Assembly (NCBI GenBank): GCA_003222115.1
Contig: QHUL01000054.1
Span: 56,925-120,924, forward strand
DNA length: 64,000 nucleotides
Direction of reading: 5' to 3'
Source: Gemmatimonadota bacterium
GTDB taxonomy: Bacteria; Gemmatimonadota; Gemmatimonadetes; Gemmatimonadales; GWC2-71-9
In this document: positions 41,857-52,468 of the stretch, piece by piece
Layout: each line of letters begins with the position of its first letter
Numbering within the stretch: position 1 is the first letter of the stretch
The notes under the pieces: generated by a model
What the model was told of the DNA's origin: nothing
Seen by the model: only the letters and a program-made list of their open reading frames with translations
The model's database searches: none
Made by a program: the position numbers and the translations under genes

Positions 41857-43043
41857 GATAGAGCCTGCTCCACCGCGTCGAGGATTTTTTCCGCCACGTC
41901 GCGCTTGGGAAGAAGCGGGAGCCTCACGGGCTCACCTTGCTTCGGTACGATCGTCACGCGATTCGTGGAGACTTCAAATCCCGCGCCGGGCTCGAGCGCG
42001 TCGTTCAAGATGATGTAGTCCAGATGCTTTTCGCGCAACTTGCCCCGGGCGCGCTCCAGGCCGTTGCCGGTCTCGAGCGCGAACCCGACCACCACGCACT
42101 GCTTGGGGCGTTTGAGTGAGCCCAGGATGTCGGGCGTCGCTTCCAGTTCCACCGTGATGCGGCCGTTGGCGCGCGGCAGCTTGGCCGGGAGGGGCGCCGT
42201 CGGGCGGAAGTCGGCCGGGGCAGCGGCCATGAGGAGGAGTTGCGCCTGCGGCATCGCCGCCTGGACCGTGCGCTGCAGCTCCGCCGTGGTCTCGACGCGC
42301 TGCACCGTCACGCCCGGCGGCACCGCGAGGTCCGTCGGGCCGGTGATCAGGATCACCTGCGCCCCGCGCGCCGCGGCCGCCTGGGCGAGCGCGAAGCCCA
42401 TCCGGCCGCTCGACGGGTTGGTCAGGACGCGCACCGGGTCGAGGTGCTCGCGAGTCGGGCCCGCCGTGACGACGACCGTCTTGCCTTGGAGCCGTCCCGG
42501 TGGCGCGAGCAGCCGTGCCGCGGCCGCGTGGATCGTCTCGGGCTCGCTCATCCGCCCGGGTCGATCGCTCGGTCCCTCGGCCAGCGGGCCGGTCTCGGGT
42601 CCCACGAACTGCCAGCCGCGCTGCGCCAGCACCTTGAGATTCTGCTGGGTCGCCGGGTGGGCGTACATGTCGTCGTTCATCGCCGGGGCGCACAGCACCG
42701 GCCCGGTGCGGGCGAGCAGCAAGGCGGTGAGCAGGTCGTCGGCCATGCCCATCGCCGCGCGCGCCACGAGGTGCGCCGTGGCTGGGGCGATGATGACGAG
42801 ATCAGGCTCCTTGGCGAGCGCGATGTGCGCGAGCGCCCGATCCTTCTCCCACAAGGAAGCGAGCACTGGACGCCCCAGCAGCGCCTCGAACGTCAGCGGC
42901 CGCACGAACGCGGCGGCGGACGCGGTGAGCACCACGTCCACCGTCGCTCCGTCCTCGGCGAGCCGCCGGGCCAGCGTGCAGCTCTTGTAGCAGGCGATCC
43001 CGCCCGACACGCCCAGGACGACGTGCCGGCCGGCGAGCGACAT
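41853..43043 (-). CDS. coaBC: Bifunctional phosphopantothenoylcysteine decarboxylase/synthase
   Basis: GVSGGIACYK, APAMN, TAGPTRE.LDPVR, NPSSGRMG, GFALET. Confidence 0.95.
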   Translation of the reverse strand: MSLAGRHVVLGVSGGIACYKSCTLARRLAEDGATVDVVLTASAAAFVRPLTFEALLGRPVLASLWEKDRALAHIALAKEPDLVIIAPATAHLVARAAMGMADDLLTALLLARTGPVLCAPAMNDDMYAHPATQQNLKVLAQRGWQFVGPETGPLAEGPSDRPGRMSEPETIHAAAARLLAPPGRLQGKTVVVTAGPTREHLDPVRVLTNPSSGRMGFALAQAAAARGAQVILITGPTDLAVPPGVTVQRVETTAELQRTVQAAMPQAQLLLMAAAPADFRPTAPLPAKLPRANGRITVELEATPDILGSLKRPKQCVVVGFALETGNGLERARGKLREKHLDYIILNDALEPGAGFEVSTNRVTIVPKQGEPVRLPLLPKRDVAEKILDAVEQALS

Positions 43044-43255
43044 CAGATCTCCTGGCGCCGCCGCCGCACCAGCCGGAACGTCAGTCGCGCCCGCACCAGC
43101 TCCTCGAGGGCGCGCGTGGTCAGCTTCTGCTCGAAGTCGACCGAGCGGTCGCGGGGAAAGTCGTTCACGAAGCGCGCGAACTTCGCCGCCACGAGCACGC
43201 CGAGGTACTTGTTCCCCGTCTCGGTCGCCACTTCTGCCGGAGTGATGATCCGCAT
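43043..43255 (-). CDS. rpoZ: RNA polymerase omega subunit
   Basis: 70 aa, NKYLGVLVAAK..R, K.TTRALEE; lies between gmk and coaBC. Confidence 0.85.
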   Translation of the reverse strand: MRIITPAEVATETGNKYLGVLVAAKFARFVNDFPRDRSVDFEQKLTTRALEELVRARLTFRLVRRRRQEI

Positions 43256-43270
43256 CGCGTCTGGTTCTCC

Positions 43271-43924
43271 TCAGGCTCCGCGCGGGGCCTTCCCGGCCGC
43301 CTGGGCCAGGTCCCGCGCGAGCGCGTCCAATCGTCGTTCGAAGTCTGCCGGCCGCCGTGGCACCCCGGCGTCACCGTCGATGATCGCCGACACAGCCCGG
43401 ACGGCCTGTGCCAGGTCGTCATTCACGAGCACGTAATCGTACTGCGAGGCTTCCCGCACCTCCTCGACCGCTCGCCGCAGGCGGCGCTGCAGAGCGTCGG
43501 GGGACTCGCTCGCGCGCTGCCCCAGTCGCTCGAGCAGCGCGGCGACGCTCGGCGGCAGGATGAAAATGCTGACGGACGCGGGCGCCGGATACGCCGCCCG
43601 GACCTGGCGCGCCCCCTCCACTTCGATGTCGAGCAGCGCGTGCCGCCCGGAACGGAGGATCCGGTCCACTTCGCTCTTCAGCGTGCCGTACCACTCACCG
43701 GCGTACTGCGCCGACTCGAGGAACTCGCCGGCGCGCCGACGCCGCGCGAACGCCGCGCGGGACAGAAAGTGATACGCCTGCCCGTCCAGCTCACCGGGGC
43801 GCGGCGGCCGCGTGGTGGCCGAGACCGAATACCCGACATCCGGCCGCTCCGCGAGCAGGGCCCGCGCGATCGTCGTCTTGCCGCCGCCCGAAGGCGCGGA
43901 CAGGACGACGACGACCGGCTTCAC
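43271..43924 (-). CDS. gmk: Guanylate kinase
   Basis: SAPSGGGKT, SVSATTRPPRPGE, YHF, YGT, DIEVEGA. Confidence 0.95.
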   Translation of the reverse strand: MKPVVVVLSAPSGGGKTTIARALLAERPDVGYSVSATTRPPRPGELDGQAYHFLSRAAFARRRRAGEFLESAQYAGEWYGTLKSEVDRILRSGRHALLDIEVEGARQVRAAYPAPASVSIFILPPSVAALLERLGQRASESPDALQRRLRRAVEEVREASQYDYVLVNDDLAQAVRAVSAIIDGDAGVPRRPADFERRLDALARDLAQAAGKAPRGA

Positions 43925-44796
43925 TCGAGGTTCTCCAGCTGCTCCCGGAATTTCTCCAGTTCGCCCTTCATCGCGATCACCGCCTGCGTGATCGCGGCGT
44001 CGTTGGCCTTCGAGCCGATCGTGTTGACCTCGCGCAGCACCTCCTGCGCGAGGAACCCGAGCTGCTTGCCAACCGCCCCCTCCTTCGCGAGCGCCTCGCG
44101 GCACGCGGCGACGTGCGTGCGCAGCCGCACCAGCTCCTCCGTGATGTCCACCCGGTCGGCGAGCAGCGCGATCTCCACTGCCAGGCGCTGCTCGTCCACG
44201 CGTACGCCCGCCGCGAGCTCCGCCACGGCCTTCTTCAGCCGCTCCAGCTCGGCCCCGAGCCGGGCCGGCGCCCGCGCCTCCACGCCGCGCGCCAGCTCCG
44301 CAATGGCGTCGAGCCGGCGCGCCAGATCCGTCGCCAGGGCCTGTCCCTCGCGCGCGCGCATCTGCAGCACCTCGCCCGCCGCCTGCTCGACGATCGGTGC
44401 GAGCTCGCCCCAGGCGACGGCATCCACGCCGTTCGCCTGGATCGTCAGCACGTCGGGCTGCCGGGCCACGAACGCGAGGTCCGGCTCGCCCTTGAGCTTG
44501 AGCTTCCGCTTCAGTTCCCGCAGCGCCGCCACGAGCTGCCGCGCGCGCGCCAGATCCACCAGCACCGTGCCCTCGCCGGGCGGCGGCTCCAGCCAGCGGG
44601 CCGTGACTGCCACATGCCCGCGGTCCAGGAGCTGGCGCAGCCGGTCCCGCAGCGGGCCCTCCATCCCGCTCAGCTCGAACGGCAGCCTGAACTGCGGATT
44701 GTAGTAGCGGTGATTGACGGTGCGGATTTCGATCCGCAGCCGCCCGCCGAGGGCGCTCCCGTCGGCGGTTCCGAACCCCGTCATGCTCCGCGGCAC
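43921..44796 (-). CDS. yicC: YicC/YloC family endoribonuclease
   Basis: SMTGFG, RTVNHRY, DITEELVRL, REVNTIGSKA, REQLENLE. Confidence 0.93.
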   Translation of the reverse strand: MPRSMTGFGTADGSALGGRLRIEIRTVNHRYYNPQFRLPFELSGMEGPLRDRLRQLLDRGHVAVTARWLEPPPGEGTVLVDLARARQLVAALRELKRKLKLKGEPDLAFVARQPDVLTIQANGVDAVAWGELAPIVEQAAGEVLQMRAREGQALATDLARRLDAIAELARGVEARAPARLGAELERLKKAVAELAAGVRVDEQRLAVEIALLADRVDITEELVRLRTHVAACREALAKEGAVGKQLGFLAQEVLREVNTIGSKANDAAITQAVIAMKGELEKFREQLENLE

Positions 44797-44840
44797 AGAC
44801 TTTAAACGTAGTCGCGCAAAGCACTTAGGTCAATGGGCCC

Positions 44841-46658
44841 TCAATTCGTGAAGACCCAGCGCACGCCGTACAGCTGCGGGCGTCGCGGATAGTCGAGTCC
44901 GGGCACGTAGCTCGCGCGCATCAGGTTGTTGTTGCGGATCATCCAGAAGATCGTGACGCCGACGATCTGCATCTCCACGTTCGTTTCCATGAACGTCGCG
45001 CCCGGTAGCAGGAGCGGCGCCGCGCCCGTCACATCGCGCCCCGCCGTGCCGGTGCTCCACGACTCCGCGGCGATCTCGCCCCGGAGCGTGAACACGCCGC
45101 TCTTGTACACGCGCCAAAACTTCGAGGCGAACGTCAGCGACACGCGCGCGTGATGCGGTGGCTCGAAATCGTTACCGTATGCGATGCGCGGGTGGAAATA
45201 CCAACCGGCGAGCTGCAGCCCGGGGAGCGGCCGGAGGCTTGCAGAAACCGTGAGGTAATCGGTTTGCAGGGAGGGGCTCAGGCTGCCGACGTTCTGGAGC
45301 GCGGCCGGCCGGCCGAGCGGCGCGAACGGGTCGCGGCGCACGGCGCCGACCTCGAGCGTAACCCAGCGACGGTCCCACCGCACGGCGCCCGCCAGCGCCG
45401 TCGCGTTCTGAGTGAAGTCGGCGGCGAGGGTCGGCGCCTGGAGGTCGTTCGTCAAGGCAACGTCCCCGCGGGCCGAGAAACCCAGGGGCAGCTCGACGCC
45501 GGCGCCGAGATGCAGCGCGCTGCCATGGCGCCCCCCGACGTAGGCGGCGTGGCGGGCATCGGCATCGAGCGTTATCCGCCGCACCGGGATCCAGGAGACG
45601 CGCCCCTCGAGTTGCCAGGGGCGTGGCTCGTCCCGCAGACGGACCGCGAGCTCGGCGTGGCCGCGCCGCCACGTGTTGCCCACCTCGACGATACCCTGCG
45701 ACAGGGAGCGCTTGGTCACGGCCGTGTCGCGCTGCACCGTCGCCGTGGCGAGCGTGAGCTGCAGCCGCGGGCCCAGTCCATCGGCGCGCTGCGTGAGGAA
45801 CAGCCGGAAGATGCCGTCGCGCCGCCGCTGCCGCACCTCGTCCGTGAGGACGCCGGCGTCGCGGTGCCAGTCGGAGCTCAGGATCTGGTAGGACGCCCCG
45901 GCGCGCGGGGTGGGGACGTATTCGACCTTCAGCCACAGGTCGACGTCGCGGAAGGCGGTGGTCGCGCTGCTCGAGAAGCCGTCGATCGTGTTCCAGTCGG
46001 CGGCGAGCGACAAGCCGAGCCCCGAGCGCCAGCGCTTGGCGAAGGCGCCGCGGTAACCCTGGTTGCTCGCCTCGCCCGAGAGGATGCGGATCTCGCTCGT
46101 GGGGACGGTGGACTCACGGCGCGCGCTGACGAGGTACACGCGCAGCTGCGCCGGCAGCACCACGACGTCCACCCGCTCGAGCGGCGCGAGCGGGATGCGG
46201 GCCGGATCGACGTAGACCGAGTCGCGGCCCAGCGGGAGGTACGGCACGCCGTCCCAGTAGATCTCGACGCCGGCCGGCCCGCGCCCGCCGTACATCACGT
46301 ATTCCGCCTGGCCGTAGTACCCTCCCCGCGCCACGTACACGCCCGGGACGTGCGCCAGCAGGTCGCTCAGGGTCCGGACGTTCGTGAAGACCAGGGAGTC
46401 GATGGGAAAGGAATAACGCCTGCCGCGCGGCATGGGGCCGGCGGGGAGCGGGGCGGCGAACGCCGGCAGGAGCCGCGGCGCCGTGTCCCGCGCGGCGGTC
46501 GTGTCCCGCCGGGTCGTATCGCGAACGGCGGTATCGCGCGCGGCCGTGGGCGCGCGCCGGGTGGTGGTGTCGACTTGCGCCGCCGCGACCTCCGCCCCCG
46601 CCGCACTCCCCGCCAGCGCGAGGCACACCGCGCCCGCGAGGAGGCGGCGACGAATCAC
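44841..46658 (-). CDS. Outer-membrane beta-barrel protein with TonB-plug-like N-terminal domain
   Basis: Signal peptide; RDT-repeat linker; LSDLLAHVPGV, YWDGVP, LERVDV (plug-like); C-terminal YGVRWVFTN strand. Confidence 0.75.
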   Translation of the reverse strand: MIRRRLLAGAVCLALAGSAAGAEVAAAQVDTTTRRAPTAARDTAVRDTTRRDTTAARDTAPRLLPAFAAPLPAGPMPRGRRYSFPIDSLVFTNVRTLSDLLAHVPGVYVARGGYYGQAEYVMYGGRGPAGVEIYWDGVPYLPLGRDSVYVDPARIPLAPLERVDVVVLPAQLRVYLVSARRESTVPTSEIRILSGEASNQGYRGAFAKRWRSGLGLSLAADWNTIDGFSSSATTAFRDVDLWLKVEYVPTPRAGASYQILSSDWHRDAGVLTDEVRQRRRDGIFRLFLTQRADGLGPRLQLTLATATVQRDTAVTKRSLSQGIVEVGNTWRRGHAELAVRLRDEPRPWQLEGRVSWIPVRRITLDADARHAAYVGGRHGSALHLGAGVELPLGFSARGDVALTNDLQAPTLAADFTQNATALAGAVRWDRRWVTLEVGAVRRDPFAPLGRPAALQNVGSLSPSLQTDYLTVSASLRPLPGLQLAGWYFHPRIAYGNDFEPPHHARVSLTFASKFWRVYKSGVFTLRGEIAAESWSTGTAGRDVTGAAPLLLPGATFMETNVEMQIVGVTIFWMIRNNNLMRASYVPGLDYPRRPQLYGVRWVFTN

Positions 46659-48172
46659 GCCGCCGCGCGCTTCAGAATGAATTCCGAGAAAAGACGCACG
46701 CCGACCGCCGTGGGCCCCTTGGGCTGATGGGGCCCCTCGTTCTCGGTGTAGGCGGTCCCGGCGATGTCGAGGTGGACCCACGCGAAGCCGTCGACGAATT
46801 CCCGCAGGAACCAGCCGCCCGCGATCGACCCGGCGCCCCGCCCGCCGGAGTTCTTCACGTCCGCGATGTCCGATTTCAGGAGCTCCCGGTATTCGTCCCA
46901 CAGCGGCAACGGCCAGCAGCGCTCCCCCGCCCGCTCTCCCGCCTCGCGTACCTCGGCGAGCAGCGTCTCGTCGTTTCCCATTTGGCCGATCGCCACGTGC
47001 CCGAGCGCGACGACCACCGCCCCCGTGAGCGTGGCGGCGTCGATCACGGCCGCCGGCTTGAAGCGCCGCGCGTACGAGAGCGCGTCGCACAGGATGAGCC
47101 GCCCCTCGGCGTCGGTGTTGATGATCTCGATGGTCTTGCCGAGATGGCTCTTGACGACGTCGCCGGGCTTCACCGCCGTACCGGACGGCAGGTTCTCCGT
47201 GGCCGGGATCAGGCCGACCACGTTCACTTTCGGCTTCAGCAAACCCACGACCTCGAACGCACCCAGCACGGCCGCCGCTCCGGACATGTCGTACTTCATG
47301 TCCTCCATGCTCTGCGCGGGCTTGATCGAGATGCCGCCCGAGTCGAACGTGACGCCCTTGCCGATCAGCGCGATCGGTGCCGCGTCCGCGGCCCTCCCCG
47401 CCCCCTGGTACTCGAGCACGATGAACCGCGGCTCCTCCTGTGTACCCTGCGCCACCGCGAGCAGTGCCCCCATGCCTTCGGCCTTCATCGCCGCGCGGTC
47501 CAGCACCGTGATGCCGAAGCCGTGTTGCTGGGCCAGCTGGCGGGCCTGGTCCGCGAGGTAAGTCGGCGTACACACATTGCCGGGCTGCACCTGGAGATAG
47601 CGGGCCAGCCTGTGGCCGGCGGCGATCGCGTCGCCGATGCGCCGCCCCGCCTCCGCCTCTTTGGCTTCCGCGGCCGGCACCACCATCGCGACCGCCTCGA
47701 CGTCGGGTTTCGGATCGTCGTTCGTCCGTTTCAGCTCGGTGAACGCCCACGCCCCCTGCCCTGCCCCCTCGACCGCCACCTGCCCCACATCGCGGGCGCT
47801 CACCCCGTTCCGCGCTTCGGCCGCCACCGCGAAATGAAACCGCGTCGCCCCCAGCGCCCGGGTGCGGCGGGCGGCCACCGCGGCGGCGCGCCGCAGCGCA
47901 TTGCGGCTTACCTCATTTGCCTTGCCCACGCCGACGAGCAGGATCCGCTGCGCCTTCCCGGCGGGGGGATAGAGGAGGCTCGTCTCGTCACGCTTGCCTT
48001 TGAAATCACCGCTCGCGATGGCCCGGGAGACGAGCCCGCCCGTCGCTTTGTCGAGGTCCGCGAGCGACGCGGGGACGTCGCTGCCCTCCGCCAGGGCGAC
48101 GGCGAGAAGGGGGGTCTCGATCTGGGGGAGGGCGGCCGTGGCGACGGCGCTCGTGACGGTCTTAGCGGACAT
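46655..48172 (-). CDS. pepA: Leucyl aminopeptidase (M17)
   Basis: [33 protein letters not shown]. Confidence 0.96.
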   Translation of the reverse strand: MSAKTVTSAVATAALPQIETPLLAVALAEGSDVPASLADLDKATGGLVSRAIASGDFKGKRDETSLLYPPAGKAQRILLVGVGKANEVSRNALRRAAAVAARRTRALGATRFHFAVAAEARNGVSARDVGQVAVEGAGQGAWAFTELKRTNDDPKPDVEAVAMVVPAAEAKEAEAGRRIGDAIAAGHRLARYLQVQPGNVCTPTYLADQARQLAQQHGFGITVLDRAAMKAEGMGALLAVAQGTQEEPRFIVLEYQGAGRAADAAPIALIGKGVTFDSGGISIKPAQSMEDMKYDMSGAAAVLGAFEVVGLLKPKVNVVGLIPATENLPSGTAVKPGDVVKSHLGKTIEIINTDAEGRLILCDALSYARRFKPAAVIDAATLTGAVVVALGHVAIGQMGNDETLLAEVREAGERAGERCWPLPLWDEYRELLKSDIADVKNSGGRGAGSIAGGWFLREFVDGFAWVHLDIAGTAYTENEGPHQPKGPTAVGVRLFSEFILKRAAA

Positions 48173-49367
48173 GCTCGATAATGCACTCGGCGAACGTGGA
48201 GGTCGAGACCTCGATCGCGCCAGGCAACTGGCGGGCGAGATCGTAGGTCACCCGTTTGGAGGCGATGGCCCCCTCGATGCCGCGAATGATGGCCGCGGCC
48301 ACGTCCGTCCAGCCAAGTTCCTCGAACATCATCGCGCCCGAGAGGATGACGCTGCAGGGGTTGACCTTGTCCTGCCCCGCGTACTTGGGCGCGGTGCCGT
48401 GCGTCGCCTCGTACACGGCGTAGCCGTCGCCCACGTTGCCCCCCGGGGCGAGGCCGAGGCCGCCCACCTGGGCCGCCGCGGCATCGGACAACAGGTCGCC
48501 GTTGAGGTTCGGGGCGGCGATGACGGAGTACTCGTCCGGCCGCAGCACGAGCTGAGCGAACATCGCGTCGGTGATGCGGTCCTTGATCACCACCTTGCCG
48601 CCGTCCCCTTTCCCCTTTCCCAGTTCGCTCTCGGGAATCGTCCGATCCCCGAACTGTTTCCGCGCGACCTCGTATCCCCACTCTCGAAACCCGCCCTCGG
48701 TGAACTTCATGATGTTGCCCTTGTGCACGAGCGTGACCGAGGGGCGCCGCGTGTGGATCGCGTATTGAATCGCCTTCGCCACCAGCCGCTGCGTGCCGAA
48801 CTGCGACATCGGCTTGATGCCGATCGCGCTGCCGGGGCGGATCTTCGCGTCGTAGCGCTCCGTCAGGAATCGGATGACCGCGTCCGCAGCGTCGCTTCCA
48901 GCCTCGTACTCGACGCCCGAATAGACGTCCTCGATGTTCTCGCGGAAGATCACGACGTCGAGCTTGCCGGGCTGCTTCATGGGGGACGGGACCCCCTCGA
49001 AGTAGCGTACGGGCCGGATGCAGGCGTACAGGTCGAGCACCTGGCGCAGCGCGACGTTGAGCGAGCGGATCCCGCCGCCGACGGGCGTCGTAAGCGGCCC
49101 CTTGATCGCGACCCGGTGCGCCCGGATCGCGTCCAGCGTGGCCTGCGGCAGCCAGCTGTTGGTGGCGTTGAATGCCTTCTCCCCTGCGAGCACCTCGAGC
49201 CATTCGACCCGGCGGCGGCCGCCGGATGTCCGCTCGACCGCGGCGTCGAACACGCGGCGCGCGGCGCGCCAGATGTCGGGGCCGGTGCCGTCTCCCTCGA
49301 TGAACGGAATGATCGGCCGATCGGGCATGATCCAACGTCCCTGCTGGAACTCGATGCGGTCACCCAT
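48162..49367 (-). CDS. icd: NADP-dependent isocitrate dehydrogenase
   Basis: [39 protein letters not shown] (KY NADP determinant). Confidence 0.95.
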   Translation of the reverse strand: MGDRIEFQQGRWIMPDRPIIPFIEGDGTGPDIWRAARRVFDAAVERTSGGRRRVEWLEVLAGEKAFNATNSWLPQATLDAIRAHRVAIKGPLTTPVGGGIRSLNVALRQVLDLYACIRPVRYFEGVPSPMKQPGKLDVVIFRENIEDVYSGVEYEAGSDAADAVIRFLTERYDAKIRPGSAIGIKPMSQFGTQRLVAKAIQYAIHTRRPSVTLVHKGNIMKFTEGGFREWGYEVARKQFGDRTIPESELGKGKGDGGKVVIKDRITDAMFAQLVLRPDEYSVIAAPNLNGDLLSDAAAAQVGGLGLAPGGNVGDGYAVYEATHGTAPKYAGQDKVNPCSVILSGAMMFEELGWTDVAAAIIRGIEGAIASKRVTYDLARQLPGAIEVSTSTFAECIIEHVR

Positions 49368-49522
49368 CTTCCGGTGCTCCTCCACGGGCCGGTGCTAATG
49401 GTTGGTGCAGTCTACACGCTCCGGTTAGGCTCGCGCCACCGGCCTTGCAACTCGCCCCGGAGAGGGCTACATCATCCCATCCCACACGATCTCGGTATCC
49501 CGTAAACCGCGGAGGTGTCCCC

Positions 49523-50913
49523 ATGCGAATCAGACGGATGTCGGGAAGCCTGCTTCTGGTCCTGACGGCGGCGGCGTGCGAGCGCTCTCCCGAAACCATT
49601 ACGGGGAATGCGCCCCGTCCGTCCATGGCCACGGCGACGGCCGCGACGAGCCTGCAGGGGACGATCGGCATCAACGTCCTGCTCAAAGGCCCCGCGACGG
49701 CGGCGCAGCTCGCGGAGCTCAACACGCTGGGCACGGTGACCGACGAGATTCCCGAGCTCAACGCGCTGCTCATGGCCCGCTCGACGCGGTGGCCGTGAGC
49801 GACTTCACCGGCGGACTCAGCACGTGGGATATGGACGCAGTGAACGTCACGGTGAGCCCCTTCACATCCACCCGGAACACCTCGGGCTTCACCGGGGACG
49901 GCGTATTCGTGGGCATACTCGACACCGGGCTGCTCGACAACTGGCGGTCGTATTTCCCAGCGGACCGCATCGCCACGCAGTTTGCGATCGCGTTCCAGGG
50001 TGGAGGCGGCGCCATGAACAAGGGCGCCGTGCCGTCCCAGCCCAACGTGTGGGAGCACGACCAGAACTCTCACGGCACGCACGTCACCAGCACCATCCTC
50101 GGGTACCGCTTCGGTGCCACACCGATCAACGGGGTCGCTCCCAGGGCGACGATCATCCCGGTGAAGGTGCTGAAACAGAGCGGCTTCGGCTGGTCCTCGA
50201 TGATCGCGCGCGGCATCGTGTACATCACCGACCTCAAGATGGCGGGGCAACTCGGGGCGAGTCCGGCCGTGATCAACATGAGCCTGGGCGGGCCCACCCT
50301 CGACGTCGTGGAGCAGGCGGCGATCGACCGGGCGGTAGCGCACGGCGTCATCATCGTGGCGGCGGCCGGTAATGCGGGCACGAAGGGCATGGGCTTTCCC
50401 GGGGCCTACGAGCCGGTGATCTCGGTGGCGGCCGTGGGCTGGACGGGGCAATGGGTCGCGCACCCGTTTGGGAGCGGCACGTTCTGCAACTCGCCCCGCA
50501 ACTGGTGGGTGTGCGGCGACGTGGCCGACCCGACGGACCCGAACGACTTCTTCATCGCGCCGTTCTCCAGCCGCCAGAAGGCGGGGCAGGATCTCGACGT
50601 GGCCGCGCCCGGAGTGTTTACGGTAGGCCCCTATCAGCTGAATAGCGGCTCCCGGCTCAGCTACTTCTTCTTGAGCGGCACGTCCATGGCGACCCCCCAC
50701 GTGGCGGGAATCGTGGCGTTGATGGCGCAGAAGGACCCGGCACTGACTGCCGGCGGCGCCGAGACGATTCTCGAGGGGAGTGCAACCGCGCTGCCGGCGG
50801 GCTCGCGCTCGATCACGAATCCGGACGGCTCCCCGGGCACAGTCAGCTGGGGGACCGATGCCACCGGCGCGGGGCTCGTCACCGCGGACGCGGCTCTCGC
50901 GGCGACTCCGTAG
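49523..50913 (+). pseudogene. S8 subtilisin-like lipoprotein protease, frameshifted in the propeptide
   Basis: GGAGG-ATG 49523 encodes signal peptide, lipobox (AAAC) and an I9-like prodomain that stops at 49798. The catalytic domain (ILDTG, HGTHV, AAAGN, GTSMATPH) is in another frame ending at 50913. Confidence 0.8.
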
Positions 50914-50937
50914 CGCGGGTTGGTCGTTGCTTCCCCG

Positions 50938-50966
50938 GGGCCCGCTTCGTGGCGGGCCCTGTTTTT
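50938..50966 (+). terminator. Intrinsic terminator after the S8 protease gene
   Basis: GGGCCCGC-ttcgtg-GCGGGCCC followed by TGTTTTT. Confidence 0.85.
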
Positions 50967-51018
50967 CCACGACCGGCGGGGTTGCGCTCCCGAAAGTGCT
51001 GCGCCTAACATTGGAGCG

Positions 51019-51366
51019 ATGCGACAGGCCACGACGCTCACGGTGCTGCTGCTGGCTGCAGGGTGCTGGCTCGCGGGAGGACCCGGCGGTCTCACGGTGC
51101 GCGCCCTGCTCGCCTGCCAGCACCACCACGCGGCGGCGGGCCACGCCGGACACCACGGCCCGGTCGCGCCGAGCGACCCCCCCTGCTTCTGCGCGGACAT
51201 GACGGCCGCATCCGACCTGGCGACGGTGTCGCCAGCGGTGCCGGTCCCGGAGCTCCTCCCGGTGCTGACGGCGCCGGTGATCGCATTCACGGACCCTTCC
51301 CCCTTCCCTCTTCCCCCTTCCCCGTCTTTCGCTCCGGAGTCTCCCCCGCCCGATCCGTGCGCGTAG
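51019..51366 (+). CDS. Small exported His/Cys/Pro-rich protein (DUF2946/CruR/CutF-like leader ORF)
   Basis: Signal-like N-terminus, CQHHHAAAGHAGHH, PCFC, Pro-rich tail ending APESPPPDPCA; first gene of the operon. Confidence 0.65.
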   Translation: MRQATTLTVLLLAAGCWLAGGPGGLTVRALLACQHHHAAAGHAGHHGPVAPSDPPCFCADMTAASDLATVSPAVPVPELLPVLTAPVIAFTDPSPFPLPPSPSFAPESPPPDPCA

Positions 51367-51402
51367 GCTGACCTCCCTTTCACCTACAGCGTCGGGGGAA
51401 GC

Positions 51403-52455
51403 ATGCGCAATACGCTCTGTGGCGTGTTGCTCTGCGGCTGTGCGGCAAGTGCCGCGGCCCAGGGCACGCCGGTCACGTTCGAGGAGCCGCAACCCGTGGC
51501 CGTGACGGGGTTCGCGGTGGGCCGCGCCGACTACGATCGGCTCGCCCGCAGCAACAGCTTCACGGCCGGGAAGATCGGCGTGAGTCTGTTCAAGCCTGTG
51601 GGAGAGGCCTATTTGTTCGCGCAGCTGACGACCGCACTCGAAGACGGCCAGACCTCCACCGAGATCGACAACCTGCTCGTGAGCTGGACGCCGCAGCGGG
51701 CGAACCGATGGACAGTCGCATTCGGTCGGTTCGACGCGCCGATCGGCTTCGAGCGCGATGACGAGCCCTTGAACCTCATCGCCACGAATTCCTTCAACTT
51801 CGCGTACGCGCGCCCCGGCAAACTCACCGGCGTGCAGCTGCATTACACCGTGACGCCGCGGTTCGAGCTGTGGGGCGTCGCGGCCAACGGGTGGGACGTC
51901 GCGGCGGACAACAATCGGGGGAAGACGGCGCTCGCCCGCGCCCAGTGGATCCCCATTCCGTGGGTGACCCTGGGAGTCACGGGAGTGTATGGCCCCGAGC
52001 GCGACGCCACCGATGCGCATCAGCGTTCCCTGTTGTCGAGCGACCTCACCGTTGACCGCGGGCGCGTGATCGTCGGCGCCGAGCTCAACCTCGGCCGGGA
52101 GCAGGATCCCGCCGGGAACCCGACGTGGCGCGGTGGTGCGGTGACGGCGTTCCTGCGCCTCACGCGCAGCCTCGGGTTCACCGCCCGATACGATCAACTG
52201 GAAGACTCGGACGGCCTCCTCACCGGCACGCCCCAGATCCTGCGATCCGTCACCGTGGGCCCGATGTGGTACTTCTCGCGCGCGAGCGAGGGGATCTTCA
52301 GCAACATCGAGCACACCCGCTTCCACCTGCCGCAGATCGCACTGCGGGGCGCCGTCCGCGCGGATTGGTCGTCCCAGCCGTTCTTCACGGATGCGAGCGG
52401 CGGGCTGCAAGGGTCGAATACCCGAGGTATCCTCGAGCTCGTGTACATCTTCTAG
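51403..52455 (+). CDS. Putative outer-membrane beta-barrel porin
   Basis: Signal peptide; FGRFDAPIGFE, NGWD..DNNRGK, amphipathic strands, C-terminal ELVYIF. Confidence 0.8.
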   Translation: MRNTLCGVLLCGCAASAAAQGTPVTFEEPQPVAVTGFAVGRADYDRLARSNSFTAGKIGVSLFKPVGEAYLFAQLTTALEDGQTSTEIDNLLVSWTPQRANRWTVAFGRFDAPIGFERDDEPLNLIATNSFNFAYARPGKLTGVQLHYTVTPRFELWGVAANGWDVAADNNRGKTALARAQWIPIPWVTLGVTGVYGPERDATDAHQRSLLSSDLTVDRGRVIVGAELNLGREQDPAGNPTWRGGAVTAFLRLTRSLGFTARYDQLEDSDGLLTGTPQILRSVTVGPMWYFSRASEGIFSNIEHTRFHLPQIALRGAVRADWSSQPFFTDASGGLQGSNTRGILELVYIF

Positions 52456-52468
52456 GCGGAGGGATTCC

